Shown piece after piece: positions 41,402 through 53,447 of a DNA stretch of 55,433 nt. Position numbers and translations under genes: made by a program. This DNA is from Prorocentrum cordatum (taxonomy: Eukaryota), in the NCBI GenBank assembly GCA_963575745.1, contig CAUYUJ010000158.1, positions 62,001 to 117,433 of the forward strand. The letters are read 5' to 3'. The number at the start of each line of letters is the position of its first letter. Positions within the stretch are counted from its first letter, which is position 1. The notes beneath the pieces were generated by a model, which saw nothing but the letters and a program-made list of their open reading frames with translations, ran no database searches and was not told where the DNA came from.

Positions 41402-43064
41402 AGGAGGAAGAGGAGGAAGAGGAGAGAAGGAGGAGGAGGAGGAGGAGGAGGGAAGGAGGAGGAGGAGGAGAGGACAAGGAAGAGGAGGAGAAGGAGGGGG
41501 GAGGAGGAGGAGGAGGAGGAGGGGAGGGGGAGGCGGAGGCGGAGGCGGAGGCGGAGGAGGAGGAGGAGGGGAGGAGGAGGAGGAGGAGGAGGAGGAGGAG
41601 CAGGAGGAGGACGAAGAGCAGGCTCAGGAGCACGGGGAGGAGAGGGAGGAGCAGGCCACGCATGAAGCGACGAGGAAAACGAGCAGGAAGCGAATGACCT
41701 TGGAGCCGGAGCAGGAGGAGAGGCAACCAACGACAAAGGGGGAGGAGCAGAGAAGGGCCTTGGCACGCCGCCGTTGGCCAGCCGCCAGCCCCAGCGTCGC
41801 GACAGCTGCGCCTCCTGGCCGTCCTGGTGAGTGACAGGAGGAGGAGGAGGAGGAGAAGGAGGAGGAGGAGAAGGAGGAGGAGGAGGAGGAGGAGGAGGAG
41901 GAGGAGGAGGAGGAGGAGGGGATGATGAGGAGGAGGAGGGGGAGAAGGAGGAGGAGGAGGAGGAGGAGGAGGAGCGAGTTTTTTCCCCACCGAGAGAAAT
42001 AGGGGGGGCAATAACCGAATACCTCCTGAGGTGGTCAGAGGCACGCTGCCGGGGGGGACCCATCAGCGGCGCGTGCAACACTTTCGAACCAGCACCAGGG
42101 CTCCTCGGACAACAGCACGGTGGGAACTAAGTGACGTGCTCCCACCGTCAGCGTGCCATCGACACTCTCCTCTCTCTCCCGAGTGCAGGGTGGGAGGCGG
42201 AGAGTGAAGAGGATTTCTTGGTTCGGCGCTGGCCCCCCCCCCGGCTGGGCCTCTGGCGGGGCGCACCTGGCTCGTTGCTCGCGCCGATCCGAGAAGTCCG
42301 CGCGGCCCCCCGGACACTTGCGCATCTTAATTTTCTTCGTCTTCCGGTTCTGGTAGGGCACCCCGAACGTCCGACACCGTATGTTTCTTCGTCGTGACGC
42401 GTGGGGCAAAGCCGAGGAGGGGTCACCACGAGAGCCGGGGTGGGGCTCGTCACTCCCTCGAGGGAGCGCCGCGTCCTCGAGGGCGCGGGCCCCCATGAAG
42501 ACCCCAGAGCTGCCCCCCAAAACGACCCCTGCGCGTCCAGACATCTCCTCGAGCTTCGATCCTGGCACCCCGCTCCCCAAGAAGATGAAGCGACACCAAG
42601 ACGAGGAGCACATCTGGGAAGATAACAGCGAGAATCTCTAAGATCCGGCGGCTCTGGAGGAGGTCTCGGGCGCCGCGGCCTTTCTCAGAGCGTCCCGGGA
42701 CGCCCTCAGAGCTTTCCAGAACGCCCTGGGACAGATCAATCCTCGTCTTGGCCCCGTCCGAGAAGAACTCGTGGCACCCTTCGTGGCGTCGGGGAGACGC
42801 AAGACTCGGGTTGGGGGCTCGGGCTGCCCTGACGGGGCCGTCAGGAAGATGACGAAACCCAATCTGAAATCTGGCGCGAGCTCCTGCTGCAGATCTCCCA
42901 CGAAAGCCGGACCGTCAAAATTCAGGACGGGCCCGCCAAAAAGCGTCGACAACCCGAATTCTGGCGAACTCGAGTCTTACGTTTCCCCGATGGTGACCCG
43001 CCTCGGCGCTGCCCGAACGTGGCCCACCAGAAGTCAGGACCCCTTTCCGGCCCCCTCATGTGTT

Positions 43065-43376
43065 TTTGTGGCCCCATGGGGAGCTCAACCGGAGGCCCCA
43101 GCGGCAACGTCCGAATGGCGTATCCAGACCCAACTCGGCACAGCCCTCTCACGTTTCGTGGCCCCAATAGGGAGCTCCACCGAAGGCCCCAACGGCAGCG
43201 TCCGCATGGCGCTCCCACGCCAAAGTCGGCACACCCCTTACACGCTTCGTGGCCCCGTTGGGAGCTCTACCGACGGCCCCGGCGGCAGCGTCCGCATGGC
43301 GTATCCGTACCCAGTTCGGCAACCCCCCTCACACGCTTCGTGGCCCCATTGGGAGCTCCACCGAAGGCCCCAGCGG
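43065..43376 (-). repeat. ~91-bp tandem repeat related in reverse orientation to the 112-bp minisatellite
   Basis: gcttcgtggcccca..gggagctccaccgaaggcccca.cggca..gtccgcatg matches the reverse complement of the 35.3-37.1 kb unit core. Confidence 0.85.
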
Positions 43377-44039
43377 CCGAAGGCCGCCACCTGCACGCGA
43401 TGCTCGCAGCTGCATGTGGTTGGGTGCTTCGACCGGATTTTTGTTGCAATTTTTTGTTCTGCCTCCACGCGCGACGAAGCTGTAAACCACTGGGTCCTCC
43501 GGCGCCGCGCCCGCGAGGCTTTGTTTAACGTCGCTCCGCGTGAAGACAACCCTGAGGAGAGAAGGGAGGAAGACGAGGGCGAAAGGGAAACCACTGCCGT
43601 GCATCCGCTCCCGCTGTTTTGCCCTAAGTCCCGACCCGCTCCCAAAGACTCGCTGCTCATTCCGGGCGCAACTTGCTGACTGTCCCCGGGCCCGGCGGCG
43701 GCCTCTCCAGAGGCCGAGAGGGGAAGAAGACCTCCGCCTCGATGTTTCCAGCACGCTTGATCTCTGGGCTGGGACACGCCCTTAGATCCGACGTCAAGAC
43801 ATCACGACCGGAGCCTTGGACCCCGCCCTTCTGCGGCATCTCGCGAGCCTCGGTGATCGCCCTGGGTCCTGAAGCCAGGCGAGAACGCCTAGTGTGAAAG
43901 AACTGCAGCGCCAAGGTCCCGGGGGACGGCCCCGGGACCTGGGCACCGCAGGGCAGGGCGCCCTGCGGCGTAACGCGCCGCGCCCTGACTGCCACCGGGG
44001 CCGCGACGCCGTGCCCCCCCGCCCCAGGCGCCCTCCAGC

Positions 44040-44790
44040 GGCGCCAGAAACGCCCCCGTCGAGCCGCCTGACCCAGATCCCCGAAGTCGTGATTTTTTCA
44101 CAGCGTCGGCCCCCCAGAGGTCTGGACGCCTTCCACGGGACCGGTTTTCATCCGGAGTCGTTTCTTGACGGTCCCGAGGCCCGAGAAGAGCACCCGGAGG
44201 CCGAACATAGCGAAACGCCTCCCGTGGTGATCTTTGTTCACAGCGCGAGGGGTTTCTGGGGAGGGGTGCAGCCATCGAGGCACCATCAAGGAACGCCCCC
44301 AGAGGCCGAAGACGGCCACCAGAAGCCCGCCGAAAATAGCGAAACACCTCCCGTGGTGATTTTTTTCATAGCGCGAGGGGCTTCTGGGGAGGGGTGCAGC
44401 CCTCGAGGCACCATCCAGGAACACCCCCCGAAGCCGAAAGCGGCCACCAGAAGCCCGCAGGGCACGGCGCCCAGCGGCACAGAACGCGCCGCACCCTGCC
44501 TGCTTTGGAGGCCGCGCCCCCATGGCCCGGGCATTTTTGCCCCGCGTCCTCCAGCGGCGCCAGAAACGCCCCCGTCGCAGCGGCGGCGGGCTCGGCCTGC
44601 GCGCGAGGAGAGAAGCCCAGACATGCGACGTCCTGATGAGAAGGGGCGGACATGTTTCCCGACTCTCGGCCTCTGGCGGTCCTTACCGCGCAGGACTCGG
44701 GACCGTCTAAAAACGGCTCGGGATGAAGAAACGGCCCTGGGGGAAGGGTCGGGACTTCGGGGGCTGCGTACCGAAACAAAACATCTGAAG
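44040..44790. repeat. Dispersed repeat family (AAAAACGACTCGGGATGA...GGGGAAAGGGTC...GACCTCTGGGG); relatives near 2200-2610, 24990-25350, 45500-45680, 46990-47190 and 47400-47960
   Basis: Shared motifs in both orientations; boundaries approximate. Confidence 0.7.
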
Positions 44791-45683
44791 GGGCCCTGGG
44801 ACACACAAATAAATACACACAAATCAAACTATCCCCCATATTTTTCCCATATTTCCTGGTTTTTTGTCTTCCCCCCCACTTCCCATATTTCCAATATTTT
44901 CCTGGTTGTGTCTGTGTGGTTTTTCTTCTCCTGAACATCGCATGTCTGGGAACGGGTCCTGCGCGAGAGGACGTCGCGACCTTCAGCATGTGGCATGCGC
45001 GGGCCGCCGGCGTGGCACACGGGTTGGAGAAGAGGGTGCTTACACGCCACCTCGCGCGGGAACCTTACGCGCCAACATCCGCGCAATGGCACCCCTCTTC
45101 TTACAGTCGGGGCGTTGACCTAAGGAACCCTAAATAAGGAACGAGGCCCCTTTGTCCCGTAAGTCAAACTTTGATTGGAAAACCTTAGGAACCCCCAAGG
45201 CAAACTGCAAAACAATCAAGGAACACCGAGCCCCTCCCCAACGGAAAAGGTTACTTCTTCAGCGCCCCAACTGTACGTCGCCCAGATGGGACCCGTCACC
45301 AGCCAGATAGGACCCTTCATTGGCTGGCCGTTCGGGCCTGCTTTTAATTCAAAGACGTGGCCGGTGAAACATCCAATCAGGCGGTGAACAAATCAGCCAG
45401 CGACGGGTCGCAACCAGCCCGTGGAGGGCTCCACCTGGCCAGTGAAGAGACGCCTTCGGGGGGGCAAGGACGATCAGTAGGCGGAGGAATATGGGGCAAC
45501 GATCCCAAATCCCCGACATCATGATTTTTCATAACGCCGGCCCCCAGAGGTCTCGACCCATTGCCCGGCATGGGTTTTCCATCGTGAGCCGTTTTCTGAC
45601 GGCCCCGAGGCCCAGTGAGGGCCCCCAAATGCCGAAAACAGCGAAGCACCTCCCGCCGTGTTTTTTTCCAGATCTGGAGAGGG

Positions 45684-45880
45684 CTTAGCTGCCCCGATAC
45701 GAAATGCAACACGTAGCGTATTGATACGTAGCTCAACACGTACACTGAACACGGAAGTCTGACGCGATACGGTAGCCAGAACGTGCGCCAATACGCGGAG
45801 CCAACACGCAACGTACTGATACGGACGCTTTGAGCACGGTACGTGTTGTGTTTCAAAGCGGGCGTATCGAGGCAGCTAAG
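45684..45880. mobile_element. MITE-like element
   Basis: CTTAGCTGCCCCGATACG (45684-45701) and CGTATCGAGGCAGCTAAG (45863-45880) are 17/18 inverted; interior rich in ACGT/ATACG. Confidence 0.65.
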
Positions 45881-46069
45881 CTCGGGGGTGGCCAAGAGGG
45901 GGGAGTCCAAGAGGGGTGTATGCAAATCATGGCCAGCGGCATGTGCGCGGCCAAAGGGGGGGCCACGGACGTAATGAAATAAGAAGAGGCGCCATGACAT
46001 CTAGGGAAATAACATGGCCCACGCCATGCTATCCCCCGCAGTCATCACCCCCTTCTTTGCCGCCCCGAT
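45881..46069. mobile_element. Second, adjacent MITE-like element
   Basis: ctcgggggtggccaagagggggg vs cccccttctttgccgccccgat: imperfect inverted termini. Confidence 0.45.
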
Positions 46070-47999
46070 AAGCGGGGGGGGAGGCTGGGAGGGGGCGGAC
46101 CGAGGAGGAGGCGGAGGAGGAGGCGGAGGAGGAGGAGGAGGGAGGAGGAGGAGGAGAGGAGGAGGGAGGAGGAGGAGGAGAGGAGAGGAGAAGAGAGGAG
46201 GAGGAGAGGAGGAGGAGGAGGTAGGAGTTGGAGGAGGAGGAGGAGGAGAGGAGGGAGGAGATGAGGAGGAGGAGGAGGAGGAGGAGGAGGAGGGAGGAGG
46301 AGGAGGAGGAGGTGGAGGAGGAGGAGGAGGATGAGGAGGAGGAGTGGAGGAGGGGAGGATGAGGAGGAGGTGGGGAGGAGGTGGATGAGGAGGAGGACTG
46401 CGCGGAGGAGGTGGGAGGAAGGTGGAGGGTGGAGCCCGAGTCCTGCGCGGGCTGTGCGGACTGCAAGCGTGGTGCGAGGGCTGCCGCACGCCCCCCGCGC
46501 GGCGGAGCGCGGGCTGCCCGCGCGAGCGGCCCCGTTCCGCCGCGGCTGGCGAGCAGCGGGGCAGTCCGCGGCGCGGGCGCGCCCGGCGGGGGCCCGCGGG
46601 CGGCGCGGCGGGCGGCACGGCGGGCGGCGGCGCGGGTGCGGCGGGCTCCGCGGCCGCGCTCCGCCTGGCCGGGCGGGCCCCGCGAGGGTTTTGGAGGCAC
46701 CTCCCCAGACCCCGTCTCTTCCTCCCCCTCCTCCTCCTTGCCTCCTCATCCTCCTCCTCCTCCTCCTCCTCCCCTCGTCCTCGTTCTCCTCCTCTCCTCT
46801 CCTCCTCCTCCTCCTCTCCTCCTCCGCCTTCTCCTCCTACCCCTCCTCCGCCTCCTCCTCCTCCTCCTTCTCCTCCTCCTTCTCCTCCCTGTATTGCCTT
46901 TTTTAGCAGGCGCATAGGCTGTGAACGCTTGAAGGCCGACATTCCCAACCGCGCCGGACGGCGTATGGCAAGTGCAATGCAGTGCAGCGTCCAGACCCCC
47001 TCGGGCTATGAAAAAATCACGACGGGAGGTTTTTTGTTATTTTCGGCCTCTGGGGGTCCTCACCAGGCCTCGGGGCCATAACAAAAAACGGCTCGGGATG
47101 AGAAACCAGCCCCAGGGAAGGAGTCGAGACCTCTGGGGAACGGCGTTTTGGAAAAATCATGACGTCGGGGGTCTGGGTCCTGAGAAGTCTTCGCCAGAAC
47201 GACTTGAAAACTATTCAGCCCGATGGGGGGGCCACTGAGCCGGATCAGGCCGGATTGGGTCCGGGATTCAGTTCAGCAGGATTCAGCTGGATGAAGCGGG
47301 AATGAGACAGATTAGGCTTGTATCCGACCAGGGACATACCAGAGCCTGAGATCCCAGACCCCACCCCCAACGTCATGCAAAGATCACGACGGACGGGTTT
47401 TGCTAGTAGTCGGCCTCGAGGCCCTCGCCGGGCCCTTGGACCGACACACGACGACTCAGGTTAAAAAGCCGGTCCCGGGGAAAGGGTCCAGACCTTTGGG
47501 GGTCGGCGTTATGGCTCCTCCTCCCTCTCTCCCTCTCGCCCTCCCCTCTCTCTCTCCCTCCCTCCCCCTCCCCATCCTCCTCCTGCTCCTCCTCCTCCTC
47601 CTCCTCCCAAAAAAACATGACTCCAGGGGTCTGGGATCTGGGCGCCTCCAAACAAACTCTTTCGCGCCGGGTGCCTTCAGAAAATTTCGGGCCCCGTGGC
47701 CCTCAAAGACCGATCGGGCTCGAGAGATGCCGCGGGAAGATGGGATCTACCCGGAGGTCCGACGTGCTGTTTTTTTTTCACGTCCCGACCCTTTCCCTGG
47801 GACTGGCTTTTCATCCCGAGTCGTCTTGTGACAATCCTGGGGCCCTGCGAGGGCCCCCAGAAGCCGAAAACGGCGAGAAACCTCCGTATGGAGCTTGGCA
47901 GTCCGCTGGACCTCCGGGGAGGGCTCTGGCCCTCCGAACTTTCTCGCGGTGTGCTGCGCTCTTTCTGCGGCGTCGCATCTCCGGGGCCTGGGGCCTCGG

Positions 48000-49280
48000 G
48001 CGTCCAGCGCGTCGGGCCCGCCGGGCGCGGCCTGCTGCTGCTGCCGCTGCTGCTCCGCGGCGGCCCTGGGCGCCACGGCAGGGGAGCCGGGCGTGGGCGG
48101 GGCGGCGGCCGCCGCGGGCGGCCTGCCGGGCGCGGCCTCCGGCGCGGTCGGCGCCCACGGCGCGTCGAGCCTGCCAGGGAGAGCCGTCTGCTCCCCGCCA
48201 GCGCGGGGCGCCACGCCGGGGGCAGTGGGCACAGCGTCGCCTGCGGCAGCCGCCGCAGGCGGCCGCGGCGGCAGGTAGGGCGCCGCAAGGGCTGCTGGGG
48301 CCGTGTGGGGGTCAGCTGCCCTGGCCTGCAGCAAGCCGGGCGGCGTGCGCGGTGGGCTGAACGACAGGAAGGTGCCGGCGGGTTGGCAGGGGGCGGGAGC
48401 TTGAGGGGCGAGAGGCGGGTGGCCGGGATGCGGGTGTTCGAGGGGCGTCCGCAGGAAGAGCTGCGATAGGCCGAGGGAGGTCATGCATGCTGGCGAACCT
48501 GGGGCTGGCACGGACTGCACCGTGGCCCCAGCCCGAAGCAATCCTCCTTGCCTTTGCGATGCGTCCAACGCTGGCACGGGCTGGAATGCGCCAGCAGGCT
48601 GGCTTCCAGGTGGCGCTGGCGCCAGCGGCGCCGCGAGCTGCTGCGACGGCAGCAGAGGTGGCCGGAAGGCGAGCAGCGCAGGCGCAGCGTAGACAGGTGG
48701 CGGGGGCGGTGCCCGCGGACGCCCAGGCGAGCTGGCGGAGGCGCCGCCGCTTGCGCATCCGGCGTTCGATATCGGCTCGGGCTGCCCGCCGCGCAAGGCG
48801 CGCCGGGCTTCCTGGGGCACGCGCGGCTTGCAAGAGGCCAACAACGCATCCGCCATGTTCAGAGCCTGGTCAACGGACTCTGGCGTACCCCTGACATGCA
48901 GGCGCGAGTCGCGCACATTGAACTCCTCGATGTTGGATCGAGCACGTATCCTTTCGATCTTTTTGCCGCCTTGTCCAATCACCTTACCAGCCAAATCTGC
49001 CTTGATCGCGCGGCTCATACAGACCATCACGTCTCCTGTGCCAGGCGCACTGTACTGGTAAGGGATGGGGCTGAATTCCCGTGGCACGCGGATCTTTTTC
49101 TTGCTGTCCACGGTGTCACTTCTCTCTCGGAAGAGCTCGTTCACGAAACCTGGCCCTGCGTGCTTCAACGCGCTCAACCCGCGGCGCATCTCCCAGGAGA
49201 TGACCTCCTGTCCCCAGAAGCTGGTCCCGAGCGTGCGATTCTTCTCGAACGGGTCGTCGATGCAGAGACAGACTCTGTCC
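48000..49280 (-). CDS. Exon of a non-canonical poly(A)/poly(U) polymerase-like protein: PAP-associated motif, KH domain, Pro/Ala-rich tail
   Basis: VCLCIDDPFEKNRTLG...ISWEMRRG resembles the Cid1/TUTase 'IEDPF..N.G...EF.RA' motif (about 49273-49175). AGKVIGQGGKKIERIRARSN...LHVRGTPESVDQAL is a type I KH domain with an intact GxxG loop (about 49021-48839). Exon limits are uncertain. Confidence 0.75.
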
Positions 49281-49971
49281 TCATAATGGACCGAAAGACG
49301 GCTTGGCTGCTGCGCCATTCTCTGTCTCTAGAGGCCTTCCAACTGGGGTCGGAGGATCGCGCCGCATCGCCGAAGCATCAATGACGTCGGCGATGCATCG
49401 GCGACGTCGACGTTGATAACGTCGGGCTCCACATCGAGCCGCATCGCCGATGCGGCGCAATCCTTCGACACTTTTACTCCGAACCCATTTGGGAGGCCTG
49501 GGCGATGGTGGTGGTGCTGGCGGTGGTGGTGGATACTGGTCCTGATGGTGGTGGGGGTCAGTGCCAAATCTGCCCTCGACCATCGCGGCCCGAGGAGGGA
49601 CACTTTCGAGCGTCGGGCCTCCGAATTTCTGGGGCCCCAGCTCGGCCCCTGCTGATCGTTTCTGAATGAGCTGGTGGGGATTTTTTGTCGCAGCCGCAGG
49701 CGAAGGCGCCAGCGGCGAGTCGAGCCGGCTCGGGCGTGGGGCTACCAGGCTGTAGGCCCAGGGTTTGCTGTTCCCTGCGCCAGATCAGGTTTCCAGTTTC
49801 CACTGTTACAATATTGCTTTATGCTGCTTACTGATCCTTGTTGTAAACCGCGCGAGGGGGGGGGGAGCCGAAAACCAGCAAACCTAGCGTCTCCTGGGAG
49901 GGTTCTCAGAATTTCTGGGGGGGGGGGGCGTGGGACACGTTATATATAGTATATATACTATATATATATGA

Positions 49972-50592
49972 AATTCGCGCCCCCGAGGCTATAACCACTC
50001 GTAAAGTATGCAATGCTCGCGTCTCCGAGGCCATAAACTCTCATGAATCACACAATAGTCGCGTCCCCGAAGCCATACACCCTCCCGAAATACACCATAT
50101 TCGTGCCCCCGAAGCCATAAACCTTTCTAAATTACGCAATGCTTGCGTTCCTGAGGCCACAAGCGTACGTAAATCATTTGATCTTCGCGTTCCCGAAGCC
50201 ATAGACCTTTGTAAATTACGCAGCATTTCCCGATACAGAAAACCATTGACAATTACTTAATATTCGCGTTCCCGAAGCCATACACCTTCGCATATTACAC
50301 TATATTCGCGTATCCGAAGCCATAAGCCCTCGTACATTACACGATATTCGCGTCTCCGAATCCATACGCCTGCGTAAATGACGCAATATCTGCGACCCCG
50401 AAGCCGTACACCTTCGTAAATTACACAGTAATCGCGTGCCCAAAACCATAAACCTTCGTGAATCATACAATATTCGCATCTCCGAAGCATAAGCGTGCGA
50501 CAATTACGCTATAGTTGCGACCCCGAAACCATGCACCCTCTTAAATTACGCGCTATTCGCGTATCCCGCTATGTTCGCGTCCCCGAAGTCAT
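49972..50592. repeat. ~41-bp diverged tandem repeat, about 15 units
   Basis: Unit approximately tattcgcgtccccgaagccataaaccttcgtaaattacgcaa. Confidence 0.9.
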
Positions 50593-51221
50593 AACATATC
50601 ACTTTCTCTTGCCGATGCTGCTTCACGGCGGCGCCGAGGCCTCATGATTTAGCTCTTGCGTAGCCCATTGTCCGAGAGAGGGGGCTGGCGGCAGGGGGCG
50701 AAGCCCTGACGGATATTCAGACATAGTCAACAACAATATGGGGACGATTATTTTGATTAGTTAAGCTACTTTGGTGCATTTTTTTGGTGTGAGTATTTTC
50801 CATTCTTCCCCCAAAAGCCGCCTGTGAGGGGACATGACCCCACCTGATGCCAGGCCGCCAGCGCTGCAATCTGAGCCCCCCCGTCGAGCTCTGACAACCG
50901 GAGCGCGGGCCCCCCGCCGCACGACACGGCAGAATGGCGGCAGGCTGCGCTGCCCAGGGAGAGAGGGAGAGAGAGAGAGGCCATCGACCTCTTGGCTGAT
51001 GGTGCTGCCAGCCCCGCGGCACTGGCATCCAGTATCGACAAGTTCTCTTCCGCGGGCTTTTTTCCACGGGCTTCTCGCCCTAGTCGCTGGCATCGGTCGA
51101 ACTCAGCGCGCCAGAGCCTCCCCTCTTTCTGGGCACGATGCCACCGAGGACATCGGAGGCTTCACTCACCGATAACTTTGGCGACCCCTCGTCGACCCCT
51201 CCTTGCCCAGGGAAGGAGGCG

Positions 51222-53447
51222 GACGAGGAGGAGGAGGAGGAGGAGGAGGAGGAGCGCGCACGCATGAGGATAGTGATGGACGAGCAGCCCAGGAGAGGAG
51301 GAGGAGAAAGGAGGAGGAGGAGGAGGAAGGAGGAGGAGGAAAAGAGGGAGGGGAGGATGAGGAGGATGGATGAGGGAGGAGGGTGTGGAGGAAGGGGAGG
51401 GTAAGGAGGAGAGGAGGATAGGAGGCAGGAGGAGGATGTGGAGGAGGAGGAGGAGGAGGAGGAGGAGTAGTAGGAGGAGGAGGAGGGATGAGAGGAGGAG
51501 GAAGGATGAAGAGGGTAAAGGAGAAGGAGGGTGCGGAGGATGAGGAGGGAGGAGGAGAGAGGAGGAGAAAAGGAGTAGGAGGAAGGAGGAGGAGGAGAAG
51601 GAAGGGAGGGATGAGGAGGATTGGAGAGGAGGAGGAGGGAAAAAGGAGGGGAGGAGGAGGAGGAGGAGGAGGAGGAGGAGGAGGAGGAGGACGAGGAAAG
51701 GGGAGGAGGGAAGGACGATGAGAGAAGGATGAGAGGAGTAGGAGTAGGTGGTGAGGAGGAGGGGAGGAAGAGGATGGGAATAGGAGGATATAATCAGGAG
51801 GATGAGATTGATGATAATTTGTAGTGTATGTGGAGGGAGTAGGATGTGGTCTGGATTGGATGGAGGAGTATGAGGAGGAGGATGATGTATGGAGGAGGAT
51901 GAGGTAGGAGGAGGAAGGAGGATATGATGACGAGAATGAGTTGGAGAAGTGAAGGAAGGAGGAGGAGGAGGAGAGTAAAGGAGGGAGGAGGAGGAGGGGG
52001 ATGGAGGGGAAGAGGGTTAGGAGGGTGACAAAAAAGAGGTACCGAGAGGTTAGGAGGAAGAAGAGAAGGAGGATGAGGACGAGGATGACGAGGATGATGA
52101 GGATGATGACCAGGAGGAGGAGGAGAAGGAGGAATGAGGAGGAGGAGGATATACTATGATATGCTATGCTAGGATCGGAAAAGATAGGAGAAACTGCTGA
52201 TGATGACTGGGGGAAGGAGAAGGAGGAGGAGAAGGAGGAAGAGAACAACATGAGAAGGGGGAGAAGGAGGAGGAGGAGGAGGAGGAGGAGGAGGAGGAGG
52301 AGGATGAGGAGGAGGAGGAGGGGGAGGATGAGGAGGTGGAGGAAGAGGAGGAAGATGAGGATGAGGATTAGGAGCAGGGGGAGGAGGAGGAGGAGGATAA
52401 TGAGGAGGAGGAGGAGGAGAAGGAAGCGGAGGAGGAGAAGGATGCTAATAATACTAATGAAAAGATGGAGGAGGAGGAGGAGATGAGGAGGAGAGGGGAG
52501 AAGGAAGAGGAGGAGGAGGAGCAGGAGGAGGTGGAGGACCTGGAGGAGGAGGAGGAGGAGGAGGAGGTCGAGGAGGATACGGATGAGGATGTTGATGGTG
52601 CCATGGTGATGATAATGCTTATGCTGATGATGGTGATGCCGATGATGCTGATGATGAGGAGAAGATGAAGAGGAGGACGATGATGACACAACAGGATAAT
52701 ATATGACATGCTAGTGTATAATAGGACCGGGGAGGATAGGATATGCTACGCCATGATCTGATAGGATATGTTCGGACATGCTACGTGTTGTTTTGATTTA
52801 TTATGGAATGACATGAGATGCTATGATATGATAGGTGAATATGAGGAGGAGAAAGGGGGGGAGGAGGAGGAGAAGGCGGAGGAGGAGGAGGAGAAGACGG
52901 AGGAGGATGATAATGCAGATGAGGAGGTGGACCAGAAGAAGCAAGGGGAGGAGGAGGATGAGGAAAAGAGGAGGGGAAGGATGAGGAGGAGGAGAAGATG
53001 ATGATGATAATGATGACATTGATGAGGATGATGCTGATAATGATGCCAATGAGGATGCTGATGCTGATGATGATGATGATGCGGAGGAGAAGGATGGTGA
53101 TAATAAGGAAGAGGATAGTGCTGATTAGGTGATGATGGTGAGGATGAGGAAACTATGAGGATGAGGATGAGGAGGATGACGAGGAGGAGCATATGATAAG
53201 GATGATACAACGATGATGAGGAGGCCGCGGAGGAGGAGCATGATGATGATGAGGAGGAGGAGGAGGAGGATACGTAGAAGGAGGACGAGGATAAGGAATA
53301 AGAGGATGATGAGGAGTAGGAGGAGGAGGAGAACGAGGAGGAGGAGCAGATGAGAAGGAGGAACACGAGGAGGCGGATGAGGGGGAGGAGGAGGAGGATG
53401 ATGGGGGAGGAGAAGGAGGAGAGGAGGAGGAGGAGGAGAAGGAGGAG
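51222..53447. repeat. Degenerate (GGA/GAT)n low-complexity tract; continues at 54298-55433, with similar tracts at 19441-19850, 41300-41975 and 46100-46400
   Basis: Direct inspection. Confidence 0.95.
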
